DNA of 64,000 nucleotides from Candidatus Omnitrophota bacterium (lineage in GTDB: Bacteria > Omnitrophota > Gorgyraeia > Gygaellales > Profunditerraquicolaceae), in assembly GCA_028716245.1 (NCBI GenBank), contig JAQUQW010000002.1, positions 8,947 to 72,946 on the forward strand, read 5' to 3'. Positions 51,144 to 59,616 of this stretch are shown here, piece after piece. Made by a program: the position numbers and the translations under genes. How positions within the stretch are numbered: the first letter of the stretch is position 1; each line of letters starts with the position of its first letter. The notes beneath the pieces were generated by a model. It saw only the letters and a program-made list of their open reading frames with translations, was not told where the DNA came from and ran no database searches.

Positions 51144-52906
51144 TTGTCCCGATGAAAAAAGCGACCGTAGTTACCCAGGCTAAAGACAGCCTGAGCGGGT
51201 TAAGTAAATTACGTTCTTTGGGAGTTTTACATGTTGAACATACGCAAATTCCCAAGGGCAAGGATATTGTTATCTTAACTGAAGAGATTTCCTTGATCGA
51301 TCAGGCTTTAAGTATTTTGTCCGGAGTAAAAATTCAACCCCAATATGTTCCCAAAGATCAAGAGGCAGCTGACGGGCAATTTACCATCCGCCATATCATC
51401 GATTTATATAAACGTAAAGACCAGTTAGCCGAGTATTTGACCTCCCTTTCTGTGCACATAAAGCAGTATGAAGAATGGGGTGATTTTGACCCGCAGGATT
51501 TTGCGGATTTAGCCAAAAATAATATCTTCGCCGGGCTTTATCAGGTACCACTCAAACAATTAAGGCAAATACCAAACGATATCGTCGTCAATAAATTATC
51601 GATTAAAGGGGGAATTGCCAATTGCCTGATTATTTCGGATAAGAAAATAGATCTTGGCTTTAAAGAAATTCCCCTACCTGCGACGAGCTTAGCGCAGATG
51701 TATGCGCGCAGAGCGCATGATCTTCAGGCAATCCAGCATATTGAAAAGCAATTGGCCGAACAGTTTAGCTACCGGCTGAGTTTAAATAAAATCAGGAGCA
51801 GTTTACAGAAAAAATTAGAGTTTCAGGAAGCCCTTGCCGGAATGGGCCAGGCAGAGGAGCTGGTTTTTATCAGCGGTTATATTCCTTTTGATAGCCTGGA
51901 GAGGTTAGTGCATCAGGCAAAACAAGAACAATGGGCTCTGCTTGTTGAGGAACCGGCAGATGAAGACAATGTCCCGGTTCTGCTGCGTAATCCGGCCTGG
52001 ATTACCATCATCAGCCCGGTATTTAAGTTTCTTGAAATATTGCCCGGTTACCGTGAGCTGGATATTAGTTTGTGCTTCCTCATTTTTTTTAGTATTTTCT
52101 TTGGCATGTTGATTGGCGATGCCGGATACGGCCTGGCCTATTTTCTGATCACCTTCTTTTTGCACCGGCAGGCCAGAAAAAATAAGAAAAATACCGGCAG
52201 TTTTTTTCTCTTTTACATCCTTAGTTTTTGCGCTATCATATGGGGGGTCTGCACGGGCACGTTCTTTGGACATGAATGGGTTTTAAAAGCAGGGTATAAA
52301 CCCTTGATCCCTTCGCTTAACGATGAAAAAACACTGCAGAGATTTTGTTTTTTTCTCGGAGCCACGCATCTGTCGATTGCCCACATCTGGCGCGCAATAC
52401 TTAAAGCTCCGGCTTTAGGCTTGATCGCGGATCTTGGCTGGGCCTGTATCTTATGGGCCTGTTTTTTTATCGCCAAGGTGCTTATCCTGGGAGATAGTTT
52501 TCCGTTTTTTGGCAACTGGTTGCTGATTACCGGGATTATGCTGGTTATAATATTCACCAATCCGCAGAAAAATATCCTAAAAGGCATTGGTTCAGGCTTA
52601 GGCACATTGGCGTTAAGCTTGATGAATAATTTTACCGACGTGGTTTCATATATCCGTCTTTTTGCGGTAGGTTTGGCTGGGGTAGCTATTGCCGATGCTT
52701 TTAACGCTATGGCTTCTTCTGTGGGAAACGCAAGCGCAGTTTCTTTAATTTTGGCGGCTTTTATTGTTTTGGTTGGCCATAGCCTCGGTATTATGTTGGG
52801 CCCGGTGGGAGTATTAGTGCACGGAGTAAGGTTGAATGTGCTGGAATTTTCAGGCCATGCCAATATTTCCTGGAGCGGCCGAAATTATAAACCTTTAAGA
52901 GAATAG
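51140..52906 (+). CDS. atpI: V-type ATP synthase subunit I (a)
   Basis: 588 aa. Soluble N-terminal half, polytopic C-terminal half with the conserved Arg-containing helix (VSYIRLFAVGLAG). Confidence 0.75.
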   Translation: MIVPMKKATVVTQAKDSLSGLSKLRSLGVLHVEHTQIPKGKDIVILTEEISLIDQALSILSGVKIQPQYVPKDQEAADGQFTIRHIIDLYKRKDQLAEYLTSLSVHIKQYEEWGDFDPQDFADLAKNNIFAGLYQVPLKQLRQIPNDIVVNKLSIKGGIANCLIISDKKIDLGFKEIPLPATSLAQMYARRAHDLQAIQHIEKQLAEQFSYRLSLNKIRSSLQKKLEFQEALAGMGQAEELVFISGYIPFDSLERLVHQAKQEQWALLVEEPADEDNVPVLLRNPAWITIISPVFKFLEILPGYRELDISLCFLIFFSIFFGMLIGDAGYGLAYFLITFFLHRQARKNKKNTGSFFLFYILSFCAIIWGVCTGTFFGHEWVLKAGYKPLIPSLNDEKTLQRFCFFLGATHLSIAHIWRAILKAPALGLIADLGWACILWACFFIAKVLILGDSFPFFGNWLLITGIMLVIIFTNPQKNILKGIGSGLGTLALSLMNNFTDVVSYIRLFAVGLAGVAIADAFNAMASSVGNASAVSLILAAFIVLVGHSLGIMLGPVGVLVHGVRLNVLEFSGHANISWSGRNYKPLRE

Positions 52907-52921
52907 AGGGGGAGTGTATTT

Positions 52922-53380
52922 ATGGAAAACAACATGTTAATGCAGTTTAAGGATTTGGGCGCGATTCTGGTGCTTGCGCTTTCCGCGGTGGGTTCCGGAT
53001 GGGGGGCAGGGATTGCCGGAATGGCGGCCATCGGCGCCTGGAAAAAGAACTTCGCGCAGAATAAAGCCGCTTCGTTTATGCTGGTAGTTTTTGTGGCCGC
53101 TCCGCTTACCCAGACGGTTTACGGGATGATTGTTATGCGCCAATTAATGGCAATTGCCAACAAAGGGCAATACCTTTGGAGCATCGGGGCATTTGCCGGT
53201 TTAGCTATCGGACTTTCCGCTTTATGGCAGGGTAAATGCGCGGCCTGCGCCTGCGACGCCATGGGTGAGACAGACAAGGGTTTTGGCAATTATCTGGTTG
53301 TCCTGGGAATGACTGAAACCGTGGCTTTACTGGTTATGGCATTTACCTTAATGCTTTTGGGTATAGTTTCCGGAGCCTAA
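52922..53380 (+). CDS. atpK: V-type ATP synthase proteolipid subunit K (c)
   Basis: 152 aa. Four-helix proteolipid, Gly/Ala-rich helices, conserved acidic residue (MTETVAL). Confidence 0.8.
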   Translation: MENNMLMQFKDLGAILVLALSAVGSGWGAGIAGMAAIGAWKKNFAQNKAASFMLVVFVAAPLTQTVYGMIVMRQLMAIANKGQYLWSIGAFAGLAIGLSALWQGKCAACACDAMGETDKGFGNYLVVLGMTETVALLVMAFTLMLLGIVSGA

Positions 53381-53386
53381 ATTTAC

Positions 53387-53465
53387 GGGCGATTAGCTCA
53401 GTTGGTTAGAGCATCTGCTTTACACGCAGAGGGTCAGGGGTTCAAGTCCTCTATCGCCCACCATT
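53387..53465 (+). tRNA. tRNA-Val (anticodon TAC), CCA encoded
   Basis: GGGCGATTAGCTCAGTTGGTTAGAGCATCTGCTTTACACGCAGAGGGTCAGGGGTTCAAGTCCTCTATCGCCCACCA. Confidence 0.85.
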
Positions 53466-53526
53466 TATAATTAAAAACCTGTTGCAAACTACAGTATTAT
53501 AGGTTAGAATTTAGCCTCTTATATTT

Positions 53527-53605
53527 GGGGTCGTAGCTTAGCCTGGCTTAAAGCGCCTCCCTGTCACGGAGGAGATCGCGAGTCCGAATCTCGTCGGCCC
53601 CGCCA
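53527..53605 (+). tRNA. tRNA-Asp (anticodon GTC), CCA encoded
   Basis: GGGGTCGTAGCTTAGCCTGGCTTAAAGCGCCTCCCTGTCACGGAGGAGATCGCGAGTCCGAATCTCGTCGGCCCCGCCA. T-loop reads TCCGAAT (C at position 55). Confidence 0.8.
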
Positions 53606-53609
53606 GTCG

Positions 53610-53660
53610 ACAAGACCCTGTTTCCCGCTTGAATAGGAAACAGGGTCTTGTTTTTCTTTA
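53610..53660 (+). terminator. strong rho-independent terminator after the tRNA pair
   Basis: ACAAGACCCTGTTTCC-cgcttgaata-GGAAACAGGGTCTTGT followed by TTTTTCTTT. Confidence 0.75.
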
Positions 53661-53736
53661 TCTTGAGTTTTTCTGCCGGCAATGATATTATAGCCTTAAG
53701 TTTTTAGCAGATAGAGTGTTGTAAAATTTTAGGTAA

Positions 53737-55251
53737 ATGTTGAAGAAACTATACCTTGCGTTAATTTTAGCCTCAAGTTTTATTTCTTACGCCTACGGTT
53801 ATGAGCTGCTTGATACCGAGCAGTTAGGGCTGGCATTAAATACTTATCTGCGTACGGATTTAGTAAGTTTGAGAAATGTAGTGAACCTGGATAGCCATAA
53901 TCAGGATGACCGGACTACTTATTTAGGTATTGATTACAGTTTTGCTCTTAGTGCGGATTTTAAGGACTCCGGTAACAAGTTTTATCTTAAGCTTGAACGT
54001 AACGGGCCATATGATTACAGCGCCCCGCTTTTTATTCATAATACGCTGATTAACTCCGGCGGCAGAGTAGAGAAGTATCGTAATGCGGAATTGCTCCCGC
54101 AGATTGAGGAACTTTGGGTTGATTCCAAACTCTTTGATAGCTTTGGGGTTAAGGCAGGTCTATATATTTATGAAGTAGGCAATGGTTTTAGCCTTAATGG
54201 TAGCTATGAAAATTACGGGCTGACCTTATATAAACAAACACAAGATATTTTTTGGCGCCTTTACTATTGCCGGCCGGATTCAGTTTACAAATATCGCCTA
54301 GGCCCGCATATTAAACAGGAAAAAGAGCAGGGCCAGAAATATGAACCCAATGCGGCTAATTTTTTTGCTACCGATGCCAAGATTACAGCAGGTAAGCAGA
54401 CATTTTGGCCATATGTGGGGATGTTGGCAGATTATACCTCGAGCGCAAAAAGGGATAATTTATTTGCCGCTTCCATAAAAAAGGATTTGTTGGGGACCTT
54501 TGGCACTGCCTGGGAATATAGGGCCGAAGATTTCACTCTAAAATTAGAAGCCGCGCATAATTTCGGGTATGCCCAAAGCCAGGATGATGCCTATAAAGAT
54601 ATTGCTCATGCCGGATACATGTTTTACTCCGGTTTAGATTATGTCCTGGGAAAATTTGTTCCGGAAGTGCAATTTTTGGTTTGTTCCGGGAATAAGGCTA
54701 CCCCGGAAATGGCAGAGAACGGTGATACCAAATACGTCGGAGGGAAAAACCGCGCCTTTAGTTATTTTTCTCCCACAAATTTTAATTTAGGGGATACGAT
54801 AAGCAGCAGCAATGTGGATATGCTTCCCATTGTGGCTATGGGCGGAGGTTATGGTCTAAATTACGGAGTGCCGCGGCCAAAGACGTTTTCCTCGGGAGAT
54901 TTTGAAAATTTGATTATGCCTTCGGTAGGTTTTGATTATAATTTTACCGAGAAGCTCTGCACGAGTTTATATGGGTATTATTTGATGGCTTTTAACCGTC
55001 CCGTGGGGACTTTAGATAACCAGGGAAAATATCTCTCCCGAGATTTAGGGTATGAAGCAGATTTATTTATTGATTATAAAGCCAGCCAACATTTGACCGT
55101 GGGTTTTTTAGGCGGCTATTTTGTCCCGGGCAAGTTTTATAAAGAAAGGCGCGATGATCTGGACGGCAGTTTATTCAGCCCTTTTCTGCGCGGGGACGGC
55201 CAGGCTAATAATGCTTATCAGATTAAATTTTACGCGGAGCTAAGATTTTAA
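53737..55251 (+). CDS. putative outer-membrane beta-barrel protein (porin/exporter-like)
   Basis: 504 aa. Signal peptide. Alternating amphipathic Tyr/Gly-rich segments. C-terminus ...YAELRF ends in Phe as in OMP85-targeted beta-barrels. Confidence 0.45.
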   Translation: MLKKLYLALILASSFISYAYGYELLDTEQLGLALNTYLRTDLVSLRNVVNLDSHNQDDRTTYLGIDYSFALSADFKDSGNKFYLKLERNGPYDYSAPLFIHNTLINSGGRVEKYRNAELLPQIEELWVDSKLFDSFGVKAGLYIYEVGNGFSLNGSYENYGLTLYKQTQDIFWRLYYCRPDSVYKYRLGPHIKQEKEQGQKYEPNAANFFATDAKITAGKQTFWPYVGMLADYTSSAKRDNLFAASIKKDLLGTFGTAWEYRAEDFTLKLEAAHNFGYAQSQDDAYKDIAHAGYMFYSGLDYVLGKFVPEVQFLVCSGNKATPEMAENGDTKYVGGKNRAFSYFSPTNFNLGDTISSSNVDMLPIVAMGGGYGLNYGVPRPKTFSSGDFENLIMPSVGFDYNFTEKLCTSLYGYYLMAFNRPVGTLDNQGKYLSRDLGYEADLFIDYKASQHLTVGFLGGYFVPGKFYKERRDDLDGSLFSPFLRGDGQANNAYQIKFYAELRF

Positions 55252-55263
55252 AAAGGAGTTAAG

Positions 55264-55584
55264 ATGGCGACAATCGATGATTTTAGAAAGTTAGAATTAA
55301 GGATAGCGGAAATAAAAGAGGTTAATGACCATCCGAACGCGGACAAATTATTGATTTTAACCGTGGATTTAGGTGACAGGCAAAAGCAGGTGGTTGCCGG
55401 GATCAAGGCTTACTATTCAAAAGAAGAGTTAATCGGTAAGCAGGTAGTCTTAGTTGATAATTTGGATCCGGTAGTTTTACGCGGAGTAGAAAGCCAGGGG
55501 ATGATTTTGGCCGGTTCAGATGAAAACACGCTGGCAGTAGTTAACCCGGATAAAAAATTGAAGCTGGGAAGTATTGTAAAATGA
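55264..55584 (+). CDS. standalone tRNA-binding OB-fold protein (tRNA_bind / EMAP-like; CsaA/Trbp111 family)
   Basis: 106 aa. LELRIAEIKEVNDHPNADKLLILTVDLGD...QVVAGIKAYY...GKQVVLVDNLDPVVLRGVESQGMILA matches the tRNA_bind domain consensus seen in MetRS/PheT C- or N-terminal appendages. Confidence 0.75.
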   Translation: MATIDDFRKLELRIAEIKEVNDHPNADKLLILTVDLGDRQKQVVAGIKAYYSKEELIGKQVVLVDNLDPVVLRGVESQGMILAGSDENTLAVVNPDKKLKLGSIVK

Positions 55585-56090
55585 TCAAACAGTTCGTTCC
55601 GCAGGAGTTTTGTATCAAATGCCGGGGGTGCTGCCGGTTTAAAGAAGCAAATTCCGTATGGAGCCCCTGCCTTCTGGACGAGGAGATCCAGGAGCTGTTG
55701 GATAAAAGAGGAATTCCCGCCGCCTCTATTTCTATTGACCGCCGCTTGCATCTTATCGCCAATCCTGATGGCGCGGATTTTATCTGCCCGTTTTTAGGCA
55801 GCGCGGATAACAAATGCAAAATCTACGATATCCGGCCGTTTGAATGCCAGCTTTATCCCTTTTTGATTAATTTACGCAGAGGAAAAGTACTCTTGACCGT
55901 GGATTTAAATTGCCCGTATGTTTATGAAAAGATAAATAGCCGGGAGGCCAAAGACTATATTATTTATCTGACCAGTTATCTTAATTCTCCGCAAATGCTA
56001 AAAATGCTCAAAGATAACCCTCAGATTATCCAGGCCTATGAAGAGGTAAGAGAGGTTGCCGAAATAAACTTACCCCATGAAACTAAATAA
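55581..56090 (+). CDS. YkgJ-family Cys-cluster (putative zinc/iron-chelating, UPF0153) protein
   Basis: 169 aa. CIKCRGCC (CxxCxxCC) near the N-terminus plus downstream Cys (CPFL...CKIY...CQLYPF...CPY). 4-nt overlap with the upstream gene. Confidence 0.6.
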   Translation: MIKQFVPQEFCIKCRGCCRFKEANSVWSPCLLDEEIQELLDKRGIPAASISIDRRLHLIANPDGADFICPFLGSADNKCKIYDIRPFECQLYPFLINLRRGKVLLTVDLNCPYVYEKINSREAKDYIIYLTSYLNSPQMLKMLKDNPQIIQAYEEVREVAEINLPHETK

Positions 56091-56973
56091 ACTAACTTTA
56101 AAAAATCATAAGCTGTTCAGCCAATACCTTGCTTTGGAGCCGCATGAGCTGGCAGCTTACTCTTTTGCCAATATCTACATTTGGCGTTCTCTCTATGATA
56201 TCGGCTGGGCAGTGATTGAAAATAGCCTCTGCGTATTTTTTCGCGATCAGATCGGCTGTTTTATGTATTTGGGGCCGCTGGCAAAAGAAAAGAGGCCGCG
56301 CGCCATAAAAGAGAGTTTTGCAATCATGGATAGTATTAATAAAAACAAAGATATCAGCCGCATTGAAAATATTGAAGAGAGGAATTTAGAGTATTATCGG
56401 GCCTTAGGATATCTTTGCCACGAGAAATATCCGGACTACCTTTGTTTAAAGAACGATTTGGCGTTTCTGCGGGGGAATAAATTTAAATCCCAGCGCGCCT
56501 CGTATAATTTTTTCATCAAACACTATCATTTCGAATGGGCAAAGTTGAAATTGATGGATAGGGATGATTGCTTAAGCTTGTTTAATTCCTGGGCGGAATT
56601 GCGCAAAACACAATCTTGCGACGATCTTTATTGCGGCATGCTTGAGGATAACCGTAAGGTAATCAAAGAGGCGTTTGCTAATTATAAACCGCTGGGTTTA
56701 GAAGGCATCTGCGTAAGGATAGATAAAAAAATCAAAGCCTTTAGTTTTGGCTACCGGTTGAATAATGAGACATTTTGCGTGCTTTATGAAATAACCGACC
56801 TTTCCATTAAAGGATTGGCGCAGTTTATTTTTCGCCAATTTTGCCGGGAATTAAAAGATTATAAGTATATTAATATCATGGACGATTCAGGTTTAGAGAA
56901 TTTACGTAAAACGAAGTTATCTTATAAACCTAAGTGTTTAATTCCAGCCTATATTGTAACTGGCGATGCCTGA
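56077..56973 (+). CDS. DUF2156-like protein (lysyl-phosphatidylglycerol synthase C-terminal-domain-like, aminoacyl-tRNA-dependent transferase fold)
   Basis: 298 aa. Soluble. The segment YSFANIYIWRSLYDIGWAVIENSLCVF and overall size/composition resemble standalone DUF2156 proteins. Assignment from memory, not from a search. Confidence 0.4.
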   Translation: MKLNKLTLKNHKLFSQYLALEPHELAAYSFANIYIWRSLYDIGWAVIENSLCVFFRDQIGCFMYLGPLAKEKRPRAIKESFAIMDSINKNKDISRIENIEERNLEYYRALGYLCHEKYPDYLCLKNDLAFLRGNKFKSQRASYNFFIKHYHFEWAKLKLMDRDDCLSLFNSWAELRKTQSCDDLYCGMLEDNRKVIKEAFANYKPLGLEGICVRIDKKIKAFSFGYRLNNETFCVLYEITDLSIKGLAQFIFRQFCRELKDYKYINIMDDSGLENLRKTKLSYKPKCLIPAYIVTGDA

Positions 56974-57553
56974 AGATATCGATCAAGTGGAATTTACCAT
57001 ATTTGATACTGAGACTACCGGTTTATATCCTGATGCCGGAGACCGCATTGTCGAGCTGGCGGCCTTACGGGTCAAAGGCAAACAGAGATTAGCCGTATTC
57101 GATTCTTTAGTTAACCCCGGCCGGCCGATTTCTCCGGGTGCTTTTGCCGTAAATAAAATAACTCCGGAGATGTTAAAAGACGCTTTGTCCATTGAGACAG
57201 TCATGCCTAAGTTTTTAGATTTTATTGCCGGCAGCTGTCTTTGCTCCTACAATGCGGGATTTGATCTAAGTTTCTTAAATAATGAGCTTAAGTTGATCGG
57301 CTCCGGCGCGATCAATAATATCGTTGTTTTTGACGTGCTGACCATGGCTAAAAGGCTTATGCCGGCTTTACCCCGCTACGCGCTTTGGTTTGTGGCAAAG
57401 GAACTGGGGATAGAATCAAAACAAGAGCACCGGGCCTTTTCCGACGTGGAGATGACCTGGGAGGTTTTTACCAAGCTTAAAATTATTTGCGCGCAAAAAG
57501 GTATTACTAGTTTTGCCGGCCTCTTTAAATTAGGGACAGCGACTATTTTTTAG
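56966..57553 (+). CDS. DEDDh 3'-5' exonuclease (DnaQ/RNase T-like epsilon-type domain)
   Basis: 195 aa. Exo I FDTETTG, Exo II, Exo III HRAFSDVEMT motifs. 8-nt overlap with the upstream gene. Confidence 0.75.
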   Translation: MPEDIDQVEFTIFDTETTGLYPDAGDRIVELAALRVKGKQRLAVFDSLVNPGRPISPGAFAVNKITPEMLKDALSIETVMPKFLDFIAGSCLCSYNAGFDLSFLNNELKLIGSGAINNIVVFDVLTMAKRLMPALPRYALWFVAKELGIESKQEHRAFSDVEMTWEVFTKLKIICAQKGITSFAGLFKLGTATIF

Positions 57554-57590
57554 GTAACCTACCCGGTAAAAAATAGTCGCTGTCCCTATT
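57532..57590. terminator. 21-bp perfect-stem hairpin terminator closing the four-gene operon (potentially bidirectional)
   Basis: AGGGACAGCGACTATTTTTTA-ggtaacctacccgg-TAAAAAATAGTCGCTGTCCCT then ATTT. Overlaps the last codons of the exonuclease gene. Confidence 0.7.
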
Positions 57591-57675
57591 TAATACATTG
57601 CATTAGCCACCATTTGTTATAAAATATGATTCGCGAGTTTTTTAAAGGACGATCTTCCTGGTTTAGGAGAGCCAA

Positions 57676-59616
57676 ATGTTGTTTAAAAACAAAGTAAAGC
57701 CGGCCATAGAGCAGCGTAAATACCTGCGTTTGGATACGGTGTTTCCGGTGCAGTTCCGCCTGGAGGGCCTGGAAGGCGAAACTTTTCTTTCCAGCTGGCT
57801 GCAGGGTTTTACCAATAATATCAGCCGCGGCGGCCTTTGCCTTTTCATCAATAATATCGGCCCTGACCTGCTTAAGCTGGTTAAAGAAAAGAAATGTAAA
57901 TTATCGTTAGAGATCGATATCCCCATCAGCAAAAAACCAATTCCCGCCCAAGCCAGCATTGTTTGGTTCAAAGAAACCTCCGAAGGTAAGCGCAAATGCC
58001 AGATCGGGTTAAATTATGACCGGATATCGGCCAAGCAGAATAATGAATTAATGCGCTATGCCTGGTTAAAGAAGCTTTTTATCCCGGTAGCTTTATCGGC
58101 AATGGTGGTGATTACCTTAATTTTAGGTATCAATAGCTATTTAAATTTTAACTTAACCCGTAGCAATAAGCTGCTGGTTGAAAAGCTGTCCAGCGTATTA
58201 AAAGATTCCCGCCTGGCCGAACAAAAAATAGGGGAAATCGTTGCGCAGCGGCAGGATCTTCAGGTAAAACTGAAAGCTTTAGAAGAGCGGATTAAATCTG
58301 TTGAGTCGCAAAAAGCCCAAACCGAAGCAAGCAATCTAGGTCAGATTAAACAACTTAATGAATCGATTGCCGCCTTAACCGCAGAAAAACTTGTTTTAGA
58401 AACCAAATTAACCGCTGCCCAGCGCACTGAGAATGTCGCGGTTAAAGAATTATCCCGGTTAGATGAAAAGAAAATAGTACTGGAGAAAGCTAATTTTGAC
58501 AAGATGTACCAGTGGCTTAAGGTACATCAAAATAACCGCACCGGTTTGGTCTCGAGTTTTGAAGGAGATCAGGATATTGCTAACTGGTCATTTACTTATG
58601 ACTTGGCCCTGCTCATCCAGGCCTATACGTATTTTGGAGATTTTGACCGCGCCAAGAAAATTCTGGAATTTTTTGCGCATAAAGCCAAAAGAGAAAATGG
58701 CTGGTTTCTCAATGCTTATTATGTCAACGACGGCGGCCCGGCGGAATTTATCATGCACAGCGGGCCCAATCTCTGGGTAGGCCTTGCTATTATGCAATAT
58801 ATGCAAGGCAGCAAAGATAAGAGTTATCTGGGCTTAGCCGAGAGTATCGCCCAAACGATTATTGACCTGCAGAATGCGGATGCTGACGGCGGTATCCGCG
58901 GCGGCCCGGAGGTAGAGTGGTATTCTACGGAACATAATCTTGATGCTTACGCGTTTTTTAATATGCTGGCTAAGGTTACCGGGAGGGAAAAATATGCGCA
59001 AGCCAGCCAAAAGACGATAACTTGGCTTCTTGAGCATACTTATGACCGGCCGGATTTACCGGTTAAGCGCGGTAAAGGAGATTCTACCATTGCTACAGAT
59101 ACCTATGCCTGGTCGATCGCCGCGATCGGCCCGCAAAAACTTCAAGAGCTGGGAATGGATCCGGACAAGATCATGGAGTTTGTCGAAGAGAACTGCGGGG
59201 TTGAGGCTAATTTCCTGCGGTTAAATGGCCAGAGCGTAAAGATAAAAGGATTTGATTTTGCTCCGCAGCTGCATACAGCCCGCGGCGGCGTGGTTTCTTC
59301 GGAGTGGACTGCCCAGATGGTGGTGTCTTATAAAATCATGGAAGATTTTTATTCTAAAGGCGGCGCCGGTATGCCTAAAGCGGCTGATTATGGGAAAAAA
59401 GCGCAGATGTATCTAAATGAATTAGGCAACATGGTTATCTCCAGTTCTTCTCCCTCCGGCCAAGGGGAAGGCTGTTTGCCTTATGCTACTCAAGAGCATG
59501 TTGATACCGGGCACGGCTGGATGACGCCTAAAGGCAGCCATACCGGATCAGTTTCCGGTACGGCATACACTCTTTTTGCCTATTACGGTTTTAACCCTTT
59601 AGAGCTTAAAGAATGA
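57676..59616 (+). CDS. PilZ-domain (c-di-GMP receptor) - TM - coiled-coil - (alpha/alpha)6-toroid glycoside-hydrolase-like fusion protein
   Basis: 646 aa. N-terminal PilZ motifs RKYLR and N-I-S-R-G-G. One TM helix (LFIPVALSAMVVITLILGI). About 130 aa heptad coiled coil. C-terminal ~350 aa with six-hairpin-glycosidase-like repeats (TGLVSSFEG...WSFTYDLALLIQAY; NLWVGLAIMQY; TDTYAWSIAAIG). Confidence 0.55.
   Translation: MLFKNKVKPAIEQRKYLRLDTVFPVQFRLEGLEGETFLSSWLQGFTNNISRGGLCLFINNIGPDLLKLVKEKKCKLSLEIDIPISKKPIPAQASIVWFKETSEGKRKCQIGLNYDRISAKQNNELMRYAWLKKLFIPVALSAMVVITLILGINSYLNFNLTRSNKLLVEKLSSVLKDSRLAEQKIGEIVAQRQDLQVKLKALEERIKSVESQKAQTEASNLGQIKQLNESIAALTAEKLVLETKLTAAQRTENVAVKELSRLDEKKIVLEKANFDKMYQWLKVHQNNRTGLVSSFEGDQDIANWSFTYDLALLIQAYTYFGDFDRAKKILEFFAHKAKRENGWFLNAYYVNDGGPAEFIMHSGPNLWVGLAIMQYMQGSKDKSYLGLAESIAQTIIDLQNADADGGIRGGPEVEWYSTEHNLDAYAFFNMLAKVTGREKYAQASQKTITWLLEHTYDRPDLPVKRGKGDSTIATDTYAWSIAAIGPQKLQELGMDPDKIMEFVEENCGVEANFLRLNGQSVKIKGFDFAPQLHTARGGVVSSEWTAQMVVSYKIMEDFYSKGGAGMPKAADYGKKAQMYLNELGNMVISSSSPSGQGEGCLPYATQEHVDTGHGWMTPKGSHTGSVSGTAYTLFAYYGFNPLELKE

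Noticed and set aside
52213-52863. 216-aa minus-strand ORF antisense to V-ATPase subunit I
   Set aside because: Shadow ORF within a well-supported membrane protein gene.
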